This document shows positions 8,379-17,987 of a DNA stretch of 64,000 nucleotides, in pieces. Location of the stretch: assembly GCA_016783905.1 (NCBI GenBank), contig JADHVQ010000001.1:51670-115669 (forward strand), read 5' to 3'. Position numbers and translations under genes: made by a program. This DNA comes from Bacteroidales bacterium (GTDB lineage Bacteria; Bacteroidota; Bacteroidia; Bacteroidales; FEN-979). Within the stretch, counting starts at the first letter, position 1; every line of letters starts with the position of its first letter. The notes under the pieces were generated by a model. That model was not told the origin of the DNA. It was given only the letters and a program-made list of their open reading frames with translations, and did no database searches.

Positions 8379-10793
8379 ATGATGGAAAACAGGGATTTTA
8401 TCATCATCGGACTCCCAGCCTGGGATCTTCCCATCGCCACTACCCGCAAATATACAGCTTTTGAGATCTCCCGTAAAAACCGGGTGCTCTTCGTAAATCT
8501 GCCCGAGACACGCAATTCATATTTGAAAAATAAGGACAAGCCACAGATTCAAAAAAGAAAAAGGATTCTGGAGGGGAAGGAACCCGATCTGGTTCAGGTT
8601 TCCCCTACCATGTGGGTGTTGTACCCCAAAATGATGAGTGAATCCATCAACTGGATCCCGGTTCATCCTCTCTTCTTTATTCTTAACTACCTGAACGAGC
8701 GGGCATTTGCATCAAAAATTAAAAAAGCCGTCAATGAACTTGGATTTCATGATTACATCATCCTCAACGACAATTCGATGCTGACAGGTTACTTCCTGAA
8801 GGAGATGCTGAAACCAAGCCTCTATATTTACCTGCTCCGGGATGCCGTTACACTGGTTCCTTACCACAGAAAGCATGGGTCGTGGCTGGAACCTAAACTG
8901 ATTGCCAAATCCGATCTTGTAGTGACGAATTCAAGCTATTTTGGCAATTATGCCAAACAGCATAATCCCAATTCACACACAATCGGCCAGGGCTGCGATG
9001 TGTCCATGTATAACGACCAGGATGGTACACTCCCTCTCCCGGATGATGTACAAGGAATTCAGCGGCCGATCATCGGGTACACCGGTGCCCTGACTACCAT
9101 CAGACTGGATCCGGGAATCCTCGAATTTGTTGCGAAGGTTCGTCCTGACTGGAGCCTTGTCCTGGTCGGTCCCGAAGATGAAGGATTTAAGAAAAGTAAC
9201 CTCCATCAGTTTCCTAATGTCCATTTCCTGGGCAGAAAAGACCCGGATAGCCTTCCCGCGTATGTGAAATCGTTTGATGTGGCTATCAATCCTCAACTCC
9301 ATAATCCCATTACAGATGTAAACTATCCGTTGAAAATTGATGAGTACCTGGCCATGGGAAAACCCGTTGTGGCTACAAAAACTGCCTTTATGGATTACTT
9401 TAAAGACCATACTCACCTGGCATCCAGCTATGAAGAATGGGTTAGCCATATTGAACAGGCCTTACAGGAAAATACAGCTCCATGGATTGTCAAGCGGAAG
9501 GCCCTGGCCGCCGAACATAGCTGGGAAAACTTTGTTGGAAAAATTTATACATTAGCGATGGATATAGAAAACAAAAGAGAACAACCGATAAGTCCGGATT
9601 GCGACATCGTGATAACAGGACTTCAATCGTGGTACATGTCAATGGGTGGAAATGCCGTTAACATGGCCAAAGAGCTGTCAAAGCATCATCGGGTTTTATA
9701 TGTCAACTATGCCGTTGACAGACTTGCCCTGCTCCTGAAACACAACACGCTGGCCGTAATAAAATACAAGGAATCCAAAGCCAATCCCTATGCTATGATT
9801 GAACTGGTCTCCGATAACCTGTGGGTGTATACCCCCGACGTGGTGATGGAATCCGTTGGCCGGATCAAACCCCGGTGGATTTTTGATCGGTTAAATGCGA
9901 TTAACGCAAAGAGGTTTGGAAAAAAGGTAAAACAGGCTGTGATGAAACTTGGATTCCGGGATTTTATCGTTCTGACCGATAATGATTTTTACCGCAGCAG
10001 CAAATTAAAAGAGATCCTCCATCCCGCGTTTTTTATCTATTATGTCAGGGATTATATGATTGATACAGATTTTTATTGCACGCATGGTCCAAGGATGGAA
10101 GAAGCCATCATGCGGAAGGCGGATATGGTAGCAGCAAATTCAGAATTCCTGGCCGCTTATGCCCGAAAGTATAATCCCAATTCATTCTACGTAGGGCAAG
10201 GATGCGATTCGGAACTGTTTAATTCGGAGAGATCGTATAAAGTCCCTGAAGACATGAAGGAGATCAGGGAGAAGTTCAAACTTATTGTTGGATACGTAGG
10301 CGCTCTGAGAGTTCTGCGGATCGATGTCAAGTTACTGGAGTTTATTGCAGCTAACCGTCCCGAATGGGCACTTGTCCTGGTAGGGTGGGAAGATGAAATC
10401 TTTCAGAAAAGCAAACTCCATGAGATGCCCAATGTATTTTTTCTTGGCTCCAAGAAAGAGCCTGAATTACCTGTTTACATTAACGCCTTTGATGTAGCCA
10501 TTAATCCCCAGGTGTACAATGCGGTCACCAAGGGGAATTACCCGCGGAAAATCGATGAATACCTGGCCATGGGGAAACCCGTTGTGGCTACCAGAACGGA
10601 AGCGATGGAGATGTTCAGAGACTACTGTTTCCTGGGGAGTACGCCTGAGGAATATTGCAGCTTGATTAAAGAGGCATTCGAGACCGATACTCCGGAACTT
10701 CACGAAAAGAGAATCCGTTTGGGAAGACTCCATAACTGGGCGAATAACATCCAGGAGATATTCAAAGACATTGAAAAAATCAGACCATCATAA
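8379..10793 (+). CDS. fused tandem-duplicated GT-B type glycosyltransferase (two homologous ~400-aa halves)
   Basis: The halves align: NPNSHTIGQGCDVSMYN / NPNSFYVGQGCDSELFN, and AFDVAINPQLHNPITDVNYPLKIDEYLAMGKPVVATKT / AFDVAINPQVYNAVTKGNYPRKIDEYLAMGKPVVATRT. Confidence 0.75.
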   Translation: MMENRDFIIIGLPAWDLPIATTRKYTAFEISRKNRVLFVNLPETRNSYLKNKDKPQIQKRKRILEGKEPDLVQVSPTMWVLYPKMMSESINWIPVHPLFFILNYLNERAFASKIKKAVNELGFHDYIILNDNSMLTGYFLKEMLKPSLYIYLLRDAVTLVPYHRKHGSWLEPKLIAKSDLVVTNSSYFGNYAKQHNPNSHTIGQGCDVSMYNDQDGTLPLPDDVQGIQRPIIGYTGALTTIRLDPGILEFVAKVRPDWSLVLVGPEDEGFKKSNLHQFPNVHFLGRKDPDSLPAYVKSFDVAINPQLHNPITDVNYPLKIDEYLAMGKPVVATKTAFMDYFKDHTHLASSYEEWVSHIEQALQENTAPWIVKRKALAAEHSWENFVGKIYTLAMDIENKREQPISPDCDIVITGLQSWYMSMGGNAVNMAKELSKHHRVLYVNYAVDRLALLLKHNTLAVIKYKESKANPYAMIELVSDNLWVYTPDVVMESVGRIKPRWIFDRLNAINAKRFGKKVKQAVMKLGFRDFIVLTDNDFYRSSKLKEILHPAFFIYYVRDYMIDTDFYCTHGPRMEEAIMRKADMVAANSEFLAAYARKYNPNSFYVGQGCDSELFNSERSYKVPEDMKEIREKFKLIVGYVGALRVLRIDVKLLEFIAANRPEWALVLVGWEDEIFQKSKLHEMPNVFFLGSKKEPELPVYINAFDVAINPQVYNAVTKGNYPRKIDEYLAMGKPVVATRTEAMEMFRDYCFLGSTPEEYCSLIKEAFETDTPELHEKRIRLGRLHNWANNIQEIFKDIEKIRPS

Positions 10794-10802
10794 ACCAAGC
10801 CT

Positions 10803-11420
10803 ATGTTATTTACCGAGACAATAAAAACCAATCCCAGGTTGAAAAAGCTGGCATCCTGGGCATTGATCCCCCGAAACCAGGCAAGGCCCAGGAGGTGGGT
10901 CAAGTGGTTTCTGAATCCCTTCATCCATCATAAAGGAAAGAATTCACTGATACGCAAGCGAACACGGATGGACATCCTCCCTTTCAACAAGTTTTATATG
11001 GGAGATAATTCGACCATAGAAGATTTTTCTACCATTAACAACGGGGTGGGTGACATATACATCGGCGACCGTACCAGGATCGGGCTGGGTTGTACGTTGA
11101 TAGGTCCTGTTAAGATTGGAAATGATATCCGTCTTGCACAAAACATCGTGATGTCAGGCCTCAACCATAATTACGAAGATGTGACCATCCCCATCTCCGA
11201 TCAGGGGGTCTCTACAGCCCCCATTGTCATTGAAGATGAAACATGGTTAGGATCAAACTGCGTGGTACTTCCCGGTGTTACGATTGGTAAGCATTGTGTC
11301 ATCGCTGCTGGCAGCATCGTTACCAAAGACATCCCTCCCTTTTCGGTAGCTGCCGGAAATCCGGCCAGGGTTTTGAAACAATACAATGAGAAGACAAAAA
11401 TATGGGAGAGGAAGGGATAA
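10803..11420 (+). CDS. hexapeptide-repeat (LbH) acyl/acetyltransferase
   Basis: 205 aa. Left-handed beta-helix repeats IGDRTRIGLGCTLIGPVKIGNDIRL and WLGSNCVVLPGVTIGKHCVIAAGSIVTKDIPP. Confidence 0.8.
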   Translation: MLFTETIKTNPRLKKLASWALIPRNQARPRRWVKWFLNPFIHHKGKNSLIRKRTRMDILPFNKFYMGDNSTIEDFSTINNGVGDIYIGDRTRIGLGCTLIGPVKIGNDIRLAQNIVMSGLNHNYEDVTIPISDQGVSTAPIVIEDETWLGSNCVVLPGVTIGKHCVIAAGSIVTKDIPPFSVAAGNPARVLKQYNEKTKIWERKG

Positions 11421-11450
11421 TTGACCTGTAAAACCAATAAACCCTGAGCT

Positions 11451-12632
11451 ATGCTCACAGTCAAACTTATTTTCTGGTGCTTTCTGTTCATCATCTTCTA
11501 TACCTACCTGGGCTATGGGATCCTTCTTTTTTTCCTTATCCGCCTGAAACGACTCCTGAAAGGCAATATCAAACCCGTAACGGAAGAGCTGTATGAGCCG
11601 GAGGTCACCCTTTTCGTTGCCGCTTACAATGAGAAAGATTTTCTGGCCAAAAAGATAGAAAACTCCAGGTCACTTGATTATCCGCAAGAGAAGGTATATC
11701 AGATCTGGATCACAGATGGTTCGGACGACGGAACTCCTGACCTATTGCAGAAGTATGAGGGTGTTGAGGTGTATCATAAACCGGAGCGGGCCGGAAAAAT
11801 TGCAGCAATGAACCGGGGTATGGAGTTCGTGAAAACCCCCATCGTCATCTTCTCCGATGGCAATACCATGCTGGGAAAGGAGTCGATCCGGCGGATCGTC
11901 CACCTCTTCAGTGATCCGAAGGTGGGGTGTGTCTCAGGGGAAAAACGTGTTGCCATTACCGGCTCAACGGCTGCTACAGAAGGCATCTACTGGAAATATG
12001 AGAGCACCCTGAAAAAGTGGGATGCTGAACTGAATACCGTGGTGGGAGCTGCAGGTGAGCTGTTTGCTGTACGTACCGAATTGCACGAACCGGTTGAACC
12101 CGATACCTTACTGGATGACTTTATCATATCGCTGCGGATTGCCGAAAAGGGATATAAAATCCAGTACGACCCGGAAGCGTATGCGCTGGAGAACCCATCG
12201 GCCAACGTCAGGGAAGAGCTGAAGCGAAAGATCCGGATCTCTGCGGGGGGAATCCAGTCCATTGTCAGACTCAAAGAGTTGCTGAATCCTTTCCGTTACG
12301 GACTTCTCTCCTTTCAGTATATCTCTCACCGGGTCCTTCGCTGGACCCTGGCTCCTGCCGGACTCCTCGTGATTCTTTTCTGCAACTTTTTCCTTGCTTT
12401 GCACACCGGCTTTTTTAACTTCTGGAGCATCTACCCATGGCTTTTCTGGGGCCAGGTGTTGTTTTACATCGCTGCCCTCACGGGATGGTTGCTGGAAGAT
12501 AAGAATATCAAGGTCAAACTTCTCTATATCCCTTTCTATTTTTTCATCATGAACCTGGCTGTCTATCTGGGATTCTTCCGATATATCAAAAGAGAACAAT
12601 CGGTAAACTGGGAACGGGCAAAAAGAGGATAA
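11451..12632 (+). CDS. membrane-embedded family 2 glycosyltransferase (COG1215-like)
   Basis: 393 aa. N-terminal TM helix, VAAYNEKDF, ITDGSDDGT, FSDGNT, RVLRW in place of QxxRW, and C-terminal TM helices. Confidence 0.8.
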   Translation: MLTVKLIFWCFLFIIFYTYLGYGILLFFLIRLKRLLKGNIKPVTEELYEPEVTLFVAAYNEKDFLAKKIENSRSLDYPQEKVYQIWITDGSDDGTPDLLQKYEGVEVYHKPERAGKIAAMNRGMEFVKTPIVIFSDGNTMLGKESIRRIVHLFSDPKVGCVSGEKRVAITGSTAATEGIYWKYESTLKKWDAELNTVVGAAGELFAVRTELHEPVEPDTLLDDFIISLRIAEKGYKIQYDPEAYALENPSANVREELKRKIRISAGGIQSIVRLKELLNPFRYGLLSFQYISHRVLRWTLAPAGLLVILFCNFFLALHTGFFNFWSIYPWLFWGQVLFYIAALTGWLLEDKNIKVKLLYIPFYFFIMNLAVYLGFFRYIKREQSVNWERAKRG

Positions 12633-12652
12633 CAGGTTAAAAAACAAAGGTT

Positions 12653-14293
12653 ATGCAAAAAAGGTTTATACATTTCATCGGACTGATTCCGGTCATCGGG
12701 TTGTCTCTGCTCTCCTCTTTTTCAACTCCGGGACAAACACCAAACTGCAAATTGCTCATTCCGGCATCGGAAGGCACCGTTGACGGTCGTTCCAACGCTT
12801 CAGGAATTCAACCAGGGGATACCATCTGTCTGTTACCCGGCCAGAAACCTTACCTCCTGATCACTCACCTGCAGGGAACCCCTGAAGCGCCGATTGTGAT
12901 TATCAATACCATTGGGATGGTTGCGATCACCCAGTTTTACTACGGCATCAGTATCGACTCCTGTTCGTTCATCAAACTATCGGGGAAAGGAGTCAGTGCT
13001 TTCCCATACGGCATCAGAGCCTATGATATTGACGGTGCAGGGATGGGCATCGAAGGGCTGAGTACCGACATTGAGATCGAAGGGATTGAGATCTCCAATA
13101 CCCTCTATGCGGGCCTCATCTGTAAAAGTGAGCCTAACTGCCTCTTCAACTCTACCCGGGATAAATATGTAATGAGAAACATCTCCATCCATGATAATTA
13201 CATCCACGATACGGGGACAGAGGGATTTTACATTGGAAGTTCCTTTTATAATGGCTACCCGATTCAGTGTGGCGGGGTGGATACGATCCTTCTCCCACAC
13301 CTGATCCGTGGGCTTTACGTATATAATAACCGGCTTACGCGAACCGGATGGGACGGAATCCAGGCCTCCTCCGCAGATTCAGGATGTGTGATCTTTGGGA
13401 ACGAAATTACCTACGACAGCGAGGAGGCGGAACTGAACCAGATGAGCGGAATCATCATCGGCGAAGGCAGCGGTTGCGACTGTTATAATAACCAGATCCT
13501 CAACGGGAAAGGAAGCGGGATCCAGATCCATGGGCTGGGGGGGAATAAAGTCTACAACAACCTGATCCTCAATGCAGGAAGAACCTACCTCCAGGAGTAT
13601 CCATACATGAATGCCTTCTATGTTGGGGATCAATCCACTACACCCGGAAGCAGTTTCCTGTTTGCCTACAATACAATCATCTCACCGAAAGATTATGCCA
13701 TCGACTTCCGGAACCTCTCCACTGCAGGGAACCTCTTCATCAACAACATCGTGATAAACTGTGGAAGAGATCTCTCTTTGGGAAGCAATATCTCTTTCCA
13801 GAATAATTGTACCAATCCTACCCTCGATTTGTCATGGTTTGTCGATCCCACAAATGGGAATTTTGATCTGAAACCTTCCTCTCCTTGTGTTAATGCTGCC
13901 ATAACGGTCAGTCAATTGAATCTAAGCTTTGATATTCTGGACCGCAACAGGCCCTTTGCCCTGGTGAATGACATTGGAGCATACGAATGCCACGACTCCT
14001 CCCTGATCGCTGTTCCTGAACTGATCAGCAATCCTTTGATCCGGTTCACCATCGAATCGACTGACCGGCCTGACCTCCTGGTGATCCGGTATACCGTTTC
14101 GGATCCTGATTATGTCCGGATCGGATTGTATGATCTTACAGGCCGGCTCACCGGGATGGTGGTAGATGCCTGGCTCACCCCGGGTGATTATGAACAACAG
14201 GTTGACGTAAGCAGCCTCCCTGCAGGGATGTATATCTTCAGGATGACTGCCGGGAAGGAGAATGTTGCGAAAAAATTTCAGGTATGCAGGTAA
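12653..14293 (+). CDS. secreted right-handed parallel beta-helix repeat protein with T9SS C-terminal sorting domain
   Basis: Signal peptide. Repeated G.xIxxxxxNxI coils (NISIHDNYIHDTGTEGFYIG, GCDCYNNQILNGKGSGIQIHGLGGNKVYNNLILN). C-terminus ..IGLYDLTGRL..LPAGMYIFRMTAGKENVAKKFQV. Confidence 0.75.
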   Translation: MQKRFIHFIGLIPVIGLSLLSSFSTPGQTPNCKLLIPASEGTVDGRSNASGIQPGDTICLLPGQKPYLLITHLQGTPEAPIVIINTIGMVAITQFYYGISIDSCSFIKLSGKGVSAFPYGIRAYDIDGAGMGIEGLSTDIEIEGIEISNTLYAGLICKSEPNCLFNSTRDKYVMRNISIHDNYIHDTGTEGFYIGSSFYNGYPIQCGGVDTILLPHLIRGLYVYNNRLTRTGWDGIQASSADSGCVIFGNEITYDSEEAELNQMSGIIIGEGSGCDCYNNQILNGKGSGIQIHGLGGNKVYNNLILNAGRTYLQEYPYMNAFYVGDQSTTPGSSFLFAYNTIISPKDYAIDFRNLSTAGNLFINNIVINCGRDLSLGSNISFQNNCTNPTLDLSWFVDPTNGNFDLKPSSPCVNAAITVSQLNLSFDILDRNRPFALVNDIGAYECHDSSLIAVPELISNPLIRFTIESTDRPDLLVIRYTVSDPDYVRIGLYDLTGRLTGMVVDAWLTPGDYEQQVDVSSLPAGMYIFRMTAGKENVAKKFQVCR

Positions 14294-14347
14294 CTTAGCT
14301 CTGACATATGCTTACATTTACCGTGATTAAATGGAAAAGACGCTGAT

Positions 14348-15157
14348 ATGAAGATCCCGGGTAAACGATTAATTCCTTTCTGGCTTGGGAAAAAGCTGAG
14401 AGGAGCATGGCAAAAATATTTATCATTCAGGTACAGGGGTACTGAATATTATTGTCCTTATTGCGGGTATCACTTCCGGGAACTCCTGCCTGGAGGAACT
14501 GATCTGCCCGTGCTGACAGAGAAACAGATCATTGGAGGAGGCTACCGTGCTAACCTGGTTTGCCCCAGATGTTTTTCCGTCGACCGTGACAGGCTGATCT
14601 ATCTTTACCTGAAAAAGAAAACCAATCTTTTCTCAGCCCCGTTGAAAGTATTGCACATCGCTCCCGAAGGGTGTATCCGTGCCCTCCTGATGTCGCTCCC
14701 CAATATCGAATACCGGTCCGGTGTAAAGTATTACGAAGGTTACTATTATGACCGGAAGGTTAATCTGATAGATGTCACCTCCATGCCGTTCGAATCAGCG
14801 TCGTTTGATGTGGTTCTCTGCAACCACGTCCTGGAGCATATCGAAGACGACCAGAAAGCGCTGGAAGAGATCCACCGGGTCTTGAAGCCAGGCTCCTGGG
14901 CCATTCTTCAGGTCCCTATCTCGCTGACACTGCAAGAGACCTTTTATGATCCTTCGGTAAAAACCCCTGAAGAACGCGAAAAGGTTTATGGACAATTCGA
15001 TCATGTACGGATCTATGGACAGGACTATCCCAGGATTCTTGAACGGAAGGGATTCATTGTCAAACAATACTCACCTTCTGAAGATGCCAAGGAAGAAGAA
15101 TTAAAAAGATACGCCCTGAATCCCGACGAACTACTTTATGTCGCATATAAAAAATAA
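14348..15157 (+). CDS. class I SAM-dependent methyltransferase with N-terminal Cys4 zinc-ribbon
   Basis: CPYCGYHF...CPRCFS, then VLHIAPEG, FDVVLCNHVLEHI, LKPGSWAILQVP. Confidence 0.8.
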   Translation: MKIPGKRLIPFWLGKKLRGAWQKYLSFRYRGTEYYCPYCGYHFRELLPGGTDLPVLTEKQIIGGGYRANLVCPRCFSVDRDRLIYLYLKKKTNLFSAPLKVLHIAPEGCIRALLMSLPNIEYRSGVKYYEGYYYDRKVNLIDVTSMPFESASFDVVLCNHVLEHIEDDQKALEEIHRVLKPGSWAILQVPISLTLQETFYDPSVKTPEEREKVYGQFDHVRIYGQDYPRILERKGFIVKQYSPSEDAKEEELKRYALNPDELLYVAYKK

Positions 15158-15159
15158 TT

Positions 15160-16596
15160 ATGAATTCGCTCATCATGATCATCGTATCGATCCTCCTTGC
15201 CGTCTCTCTCATCATTGCTGTTGTAGTTCTCCTCCTTCAGTATAAAAAGGGTAAAAACCTTCACCATCAGATTGGTGAAAAAGATGCAGAATTGAAGCGG
15301 TTAACCAGTGAGGTGAACTCCCTGCAGGAGCAGGTTACATTGCTGGCATCGAAAGAGGATGGGGAGAAAGAGTCGGAACGGTTAAAAACCGGCATTGAGC
15401 TTACGCTGAAAAAGGCCCTGAAGAGAGCTGAGGAGGAGAACTTTCAAAAGAATACCTTCCTCTCAAACCTTAGCTCTGAGATCCGGACTCCCCTGAATAA
15501 CATCATCGGGTTTGCCAGTTTACTGGAAACCGAAACCTCCCTGATCGAAAATAAGGAGTTATTTGAATATGCCCGGGGAATCTCTGAGAGTGGTGACAGG
15601 CTGATCAACCTGCTGAACAACATCATCGATATCAGCCGCATTGAATCACACGATGTAGATATTGTGATCAAAACCTGCTCGGTATCCACCATCATCTTCA
15701 GTGTGGCTCAGCTTTATGTTTTTAAAGCCAACGACCAGAAGATCAAGTTCAACATCATCAGCAAAGAGATCCCTGATGCTCTTGTCGATGACAAGGTGCT
15801 GACGAAAGTGCTCGGAGGGATCGTAGATAATGCCATTAAATACACAGAAAAGGGATTCGTCAATATCTCTACCGGATACCAGCCTAAAACCAATGAGATC
15901 ACCATCCGCGTGAAAGATTCGGGAAGTGGAATTGATCCTACCTACCTCAAAGAGATCTTCAATGCCTTCAGGCCGGAAAGTCCGGGATACAGCAAAGAGC
16001 TCCAGGGAACCCGCCTGGGATTACCTATTGCCAAGCGTTATGTAGAGATGATGAACGGGGATATCGAGATCGATTCAAAAAAGGGAGAGGGAACCACGGT
16101 TACTATTTTTTTAAAAGCAGCGGTAAAACAAGTTGAAGAAGCTGTTCCGGAGGTACTGGAAAAACCGGAAGAGGAAGAGGTTACTCCGAGGAAAACGAAG
16201 GTCCTGCAGGATCTGGATATTTTTATCGTTGAGGATGATCTGATGAACTCCATGGTACTGGTTCAGATGACCAAATCCCTTGGAAAGGTTACCACAGCAG
16301 TGAACGGAGAGGCTACCCTCAAGATCATTGCCGACAAAGCCTCCAAAGAGGAAAGTTTCGACATCATGTTATTTGACATCAACCTTCCTCCTCCCTACGA
16401 TGGTGTGAAACTGATGCACACCATCAAAAAACAATTTCCGGTCTATCAGCGGATCCCATTTATTGCCCAGACTGCCTATGCCATGACCGGCGACCGTGAG
16501 AAGCTGCTTGAAGCCGGATTTGACGATTACATCCCCAAACCAATCAACAAGAATGAACTTTACACCATCATGAAGAACCAACTGGAGATACGTTGA
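15160..16596 (+). CDS. membrane-anchored hybrid histidine-kinase-like protein (HisKA-like + HATPase_c + receiver) lacking the conserved H-box histidine
   Basis: One N-terminal TM helix and a coiled coil. H-box reads FLSNLSSEIRTPLN (tct Ser where His is expected). N box DNAIKYT, G1 DSGSGID, G2 GTRLGLPI. Receiver has FDINLPP and KP. Confidence 0.8.
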   Translation: MNSLIMIIVSILLAVSLIIAVVVLLLQYKKGKNLHHQIGEKDAELKRLTSEVNSLQEQVTLLASKEDGEKESERLKTGIELTLKKALKRAEEENFQKNTFLSNLSSEIRTPLNNIIGFASLLETETSLIENKELFEYARGISESGDRLINLLNNIIDISRIESHDVDIVIKTCSVSTIIFSVAQLYVFKANDQKIKFNIISKEIPDALVDDKVLTKVLGGIVDNAIKYTEKGFVNISTGYQPKTNEITIRVKDSGSGIDPTYLKEIFNAFRPESPGYSKELQGTRLGLPIAKRYVEMMNGDIEIDSKKGEGTTVTIFLKAAVKQVEEAVPEVLEKPEEEEVTPRKTKVLQDLDIFIVEDDLMNSMVLVQMTKSLGKVTTAVNGEATLKIIADKASKEESFDIMLFDINLPPPYDGVKLMHTIKKQFPVYQRIPFIAQTAYAMTGDREKLLEAGFDDYIPKPINKNELYTIMKNQLEIR

Positions 16597-17981
16597 TCAT
16601 GACTACCGGAAAGCAACAAGAGGAGAGGAATCACGAGATCAGAGGGGAACTGGAAAGTCGGATCAGGGAACTGGAAAGCAGGGTCAGGGAGTTGGAGAGC
16701 CGGATCAGAGAGCAAACGAACGAACTGACGCAGGCGAAGATAGAATCTCACAATGCCAACCAGAAAAAGACCATGTTTCTGGCCAACATGAGTCATGAGA
16801 TCAGGACCCCGATGAACAGTATCCTGGGGATCTATAATCTCCTTAAACAGACAAATCTCAATGAGGAACAGCAGGAGTTTCTGGAGATCATCCACATTGC
16901 CAGCCAGAACCTTCTGATCATCATCAACGACATCCTGGATCTGTCGAAAATTGAAGCAGGTGAATTGCAACTGGAGAAGAAGCCCTACTCCCTGCACGAA
17001 GAGATCCAGCAGGTGATCAAGTTGCTCTCCCTGAAAGCCAGAGGAAAAGGAATTGATCTCTATTCGCGGATTGATGCTGGCATACCGGTCTGCTTGATCG
17101 GGGATGCTATAAGGCTGAAGCAGATCATGATCAACCTGGCGAATAATGCCATCAAATTCACTAACGAAGGGGAGGTCCAGATCGCCATTGAAACGATCGA
17201 TCCTAAATCCCCTGAGTTCGAGAATCAGAAAGAGTTTATTCCAGAGTGGATCAACCCGGATAAATTGAATCCCAAACAGCAGATCCTGAAGTTTGAAGTC
17301 ATCGACACAGGCATCGGAATTTCGGATGAGGATCAGGAGACCCTCTTTTATGAATTCGCACAACTTGAGAATCCGTTGGTACGCCGGTTTGAGGGGAGCG
17401 GCCTGGGGCTTTCCATCTCCCGTAACCTCACACGACTGATGAAGGGGAAGATGGGCGTTGTCAGCCAGGAAGGGAAAGGTTCAGTTTTCTGGTTTACCCT
17501 GCTTGTGGAGGCAGGTGATGAAGCCCTGCTTAAAAAGGAGCAGGAAGAGATTGCAGCCTTACCAGGGAAAACCAGGAAACTGGACGTGCTTCTGGTCGAA
17601 GATAATCTATTGAACCAGAAGTTTGCCATGACCACGATGACGAGGGAGGGTCATCGCGTAGATCTGGCTGAGAACGGGAAGATCGCCCTGGATAAATTCC
17701 GTAACAATCATTACGACCTCATCCTTATGGATATTGCGATGCCGGTCATGGATGGGATGGAGGCTTCACGGATGATCCGTGAGATCGAGCAAAAGAAGTT
17801 GAAAAGCATGAGTAAAAAAGAGGCGGAAGCCTTTGCACCGGTGAAAATTGTTGCCATCACGGCTCACATCATGATGACGGATAAAAAGCAATGCCTTAAC
17901 GTTGGGATGAATGATTTCCTGGCCAAACCTTACCGCCCGAATGATCTCCTCAAGATTATTGAGAAGCTTGAAATCCACTGA
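16593..17981 (+). CDS. soluble hybrid sensor histidine kinase (HisKA + HATPase_c + receiver)
   Basis: Canonical H-box FLANMSHEIRTPMN, NNAIKFT, DTGIGIS, GSGLGLSI. Receiver VLLVEDN..LILMDIAMPVMDG..KPY. ATGA overlap with the upstream gene. Confidence 0.85.
   Translation: MIMTTGKQQEERNHEIRGELESRIRELESRVRELESRIREQTNELTQAKIESHNANQKKTMFLANMSHEIRTPMNSILGIYNLLKQTNLNEEQQEFLEIIHIASQNLLIIINDILDLSKIEAGELQLEKKPYSLHEEIQQVIKLLSLKARGKGIDLYSRIDAGIPVCLIGDAIRLKQIMINLANNAIKFTNEGEVQIAIETIDPKSPEFENQKEFIPEWINPDKLNPKQQILKFEVIDTGIGISDEDQETLFYEFAQLENPLVRRFEGSGLGLSISRNLTRLMKGKMGVVSQEGKGSVFWFTLLVEAGDEALLKKEQEEIAALPGKTRKLDVLLVEDNLLNQKFAMTTMTREGHRVDLAENGKIALDKFRNNHYDLILMDIAMPVMDGMEASRMIREIEQKKLKSMSKKEAEAFAPVKIVAITAHIMMTDKKQCLNVGMNDFLAKPYRPNDLLKIIEKLEIH
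16647..16709 (+). repeat. 3 x 21-nt in-frame tandem repeat (ELESRIR/ELESRVR/ELESRIR heptads)
   Basis: gaactggaaagtcggatcagg / gaactggaaagcagggtcagg / gagttggagagccggatcaga, read directly. Encodes a coiled-coil heptad at the kinase N-terminus. Confidence 0.85.
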
Positions 17982-17987
17982 CAATGA

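Noticed and set aside
16560-17363. 267-aa ORF antisense to the second histidine kinase. Similar long antisense ORFs occur at 596-1162, 8973-9449, 12108-12647, 19260-20183, 33595-34167, 44193-44750 and 60272-61093.
   Set aside because: Each lies fully inside a gene with strong family motifs on the other strand. The translations are low-complexity with no recognisable motifs. They are typical shadow ORFs.
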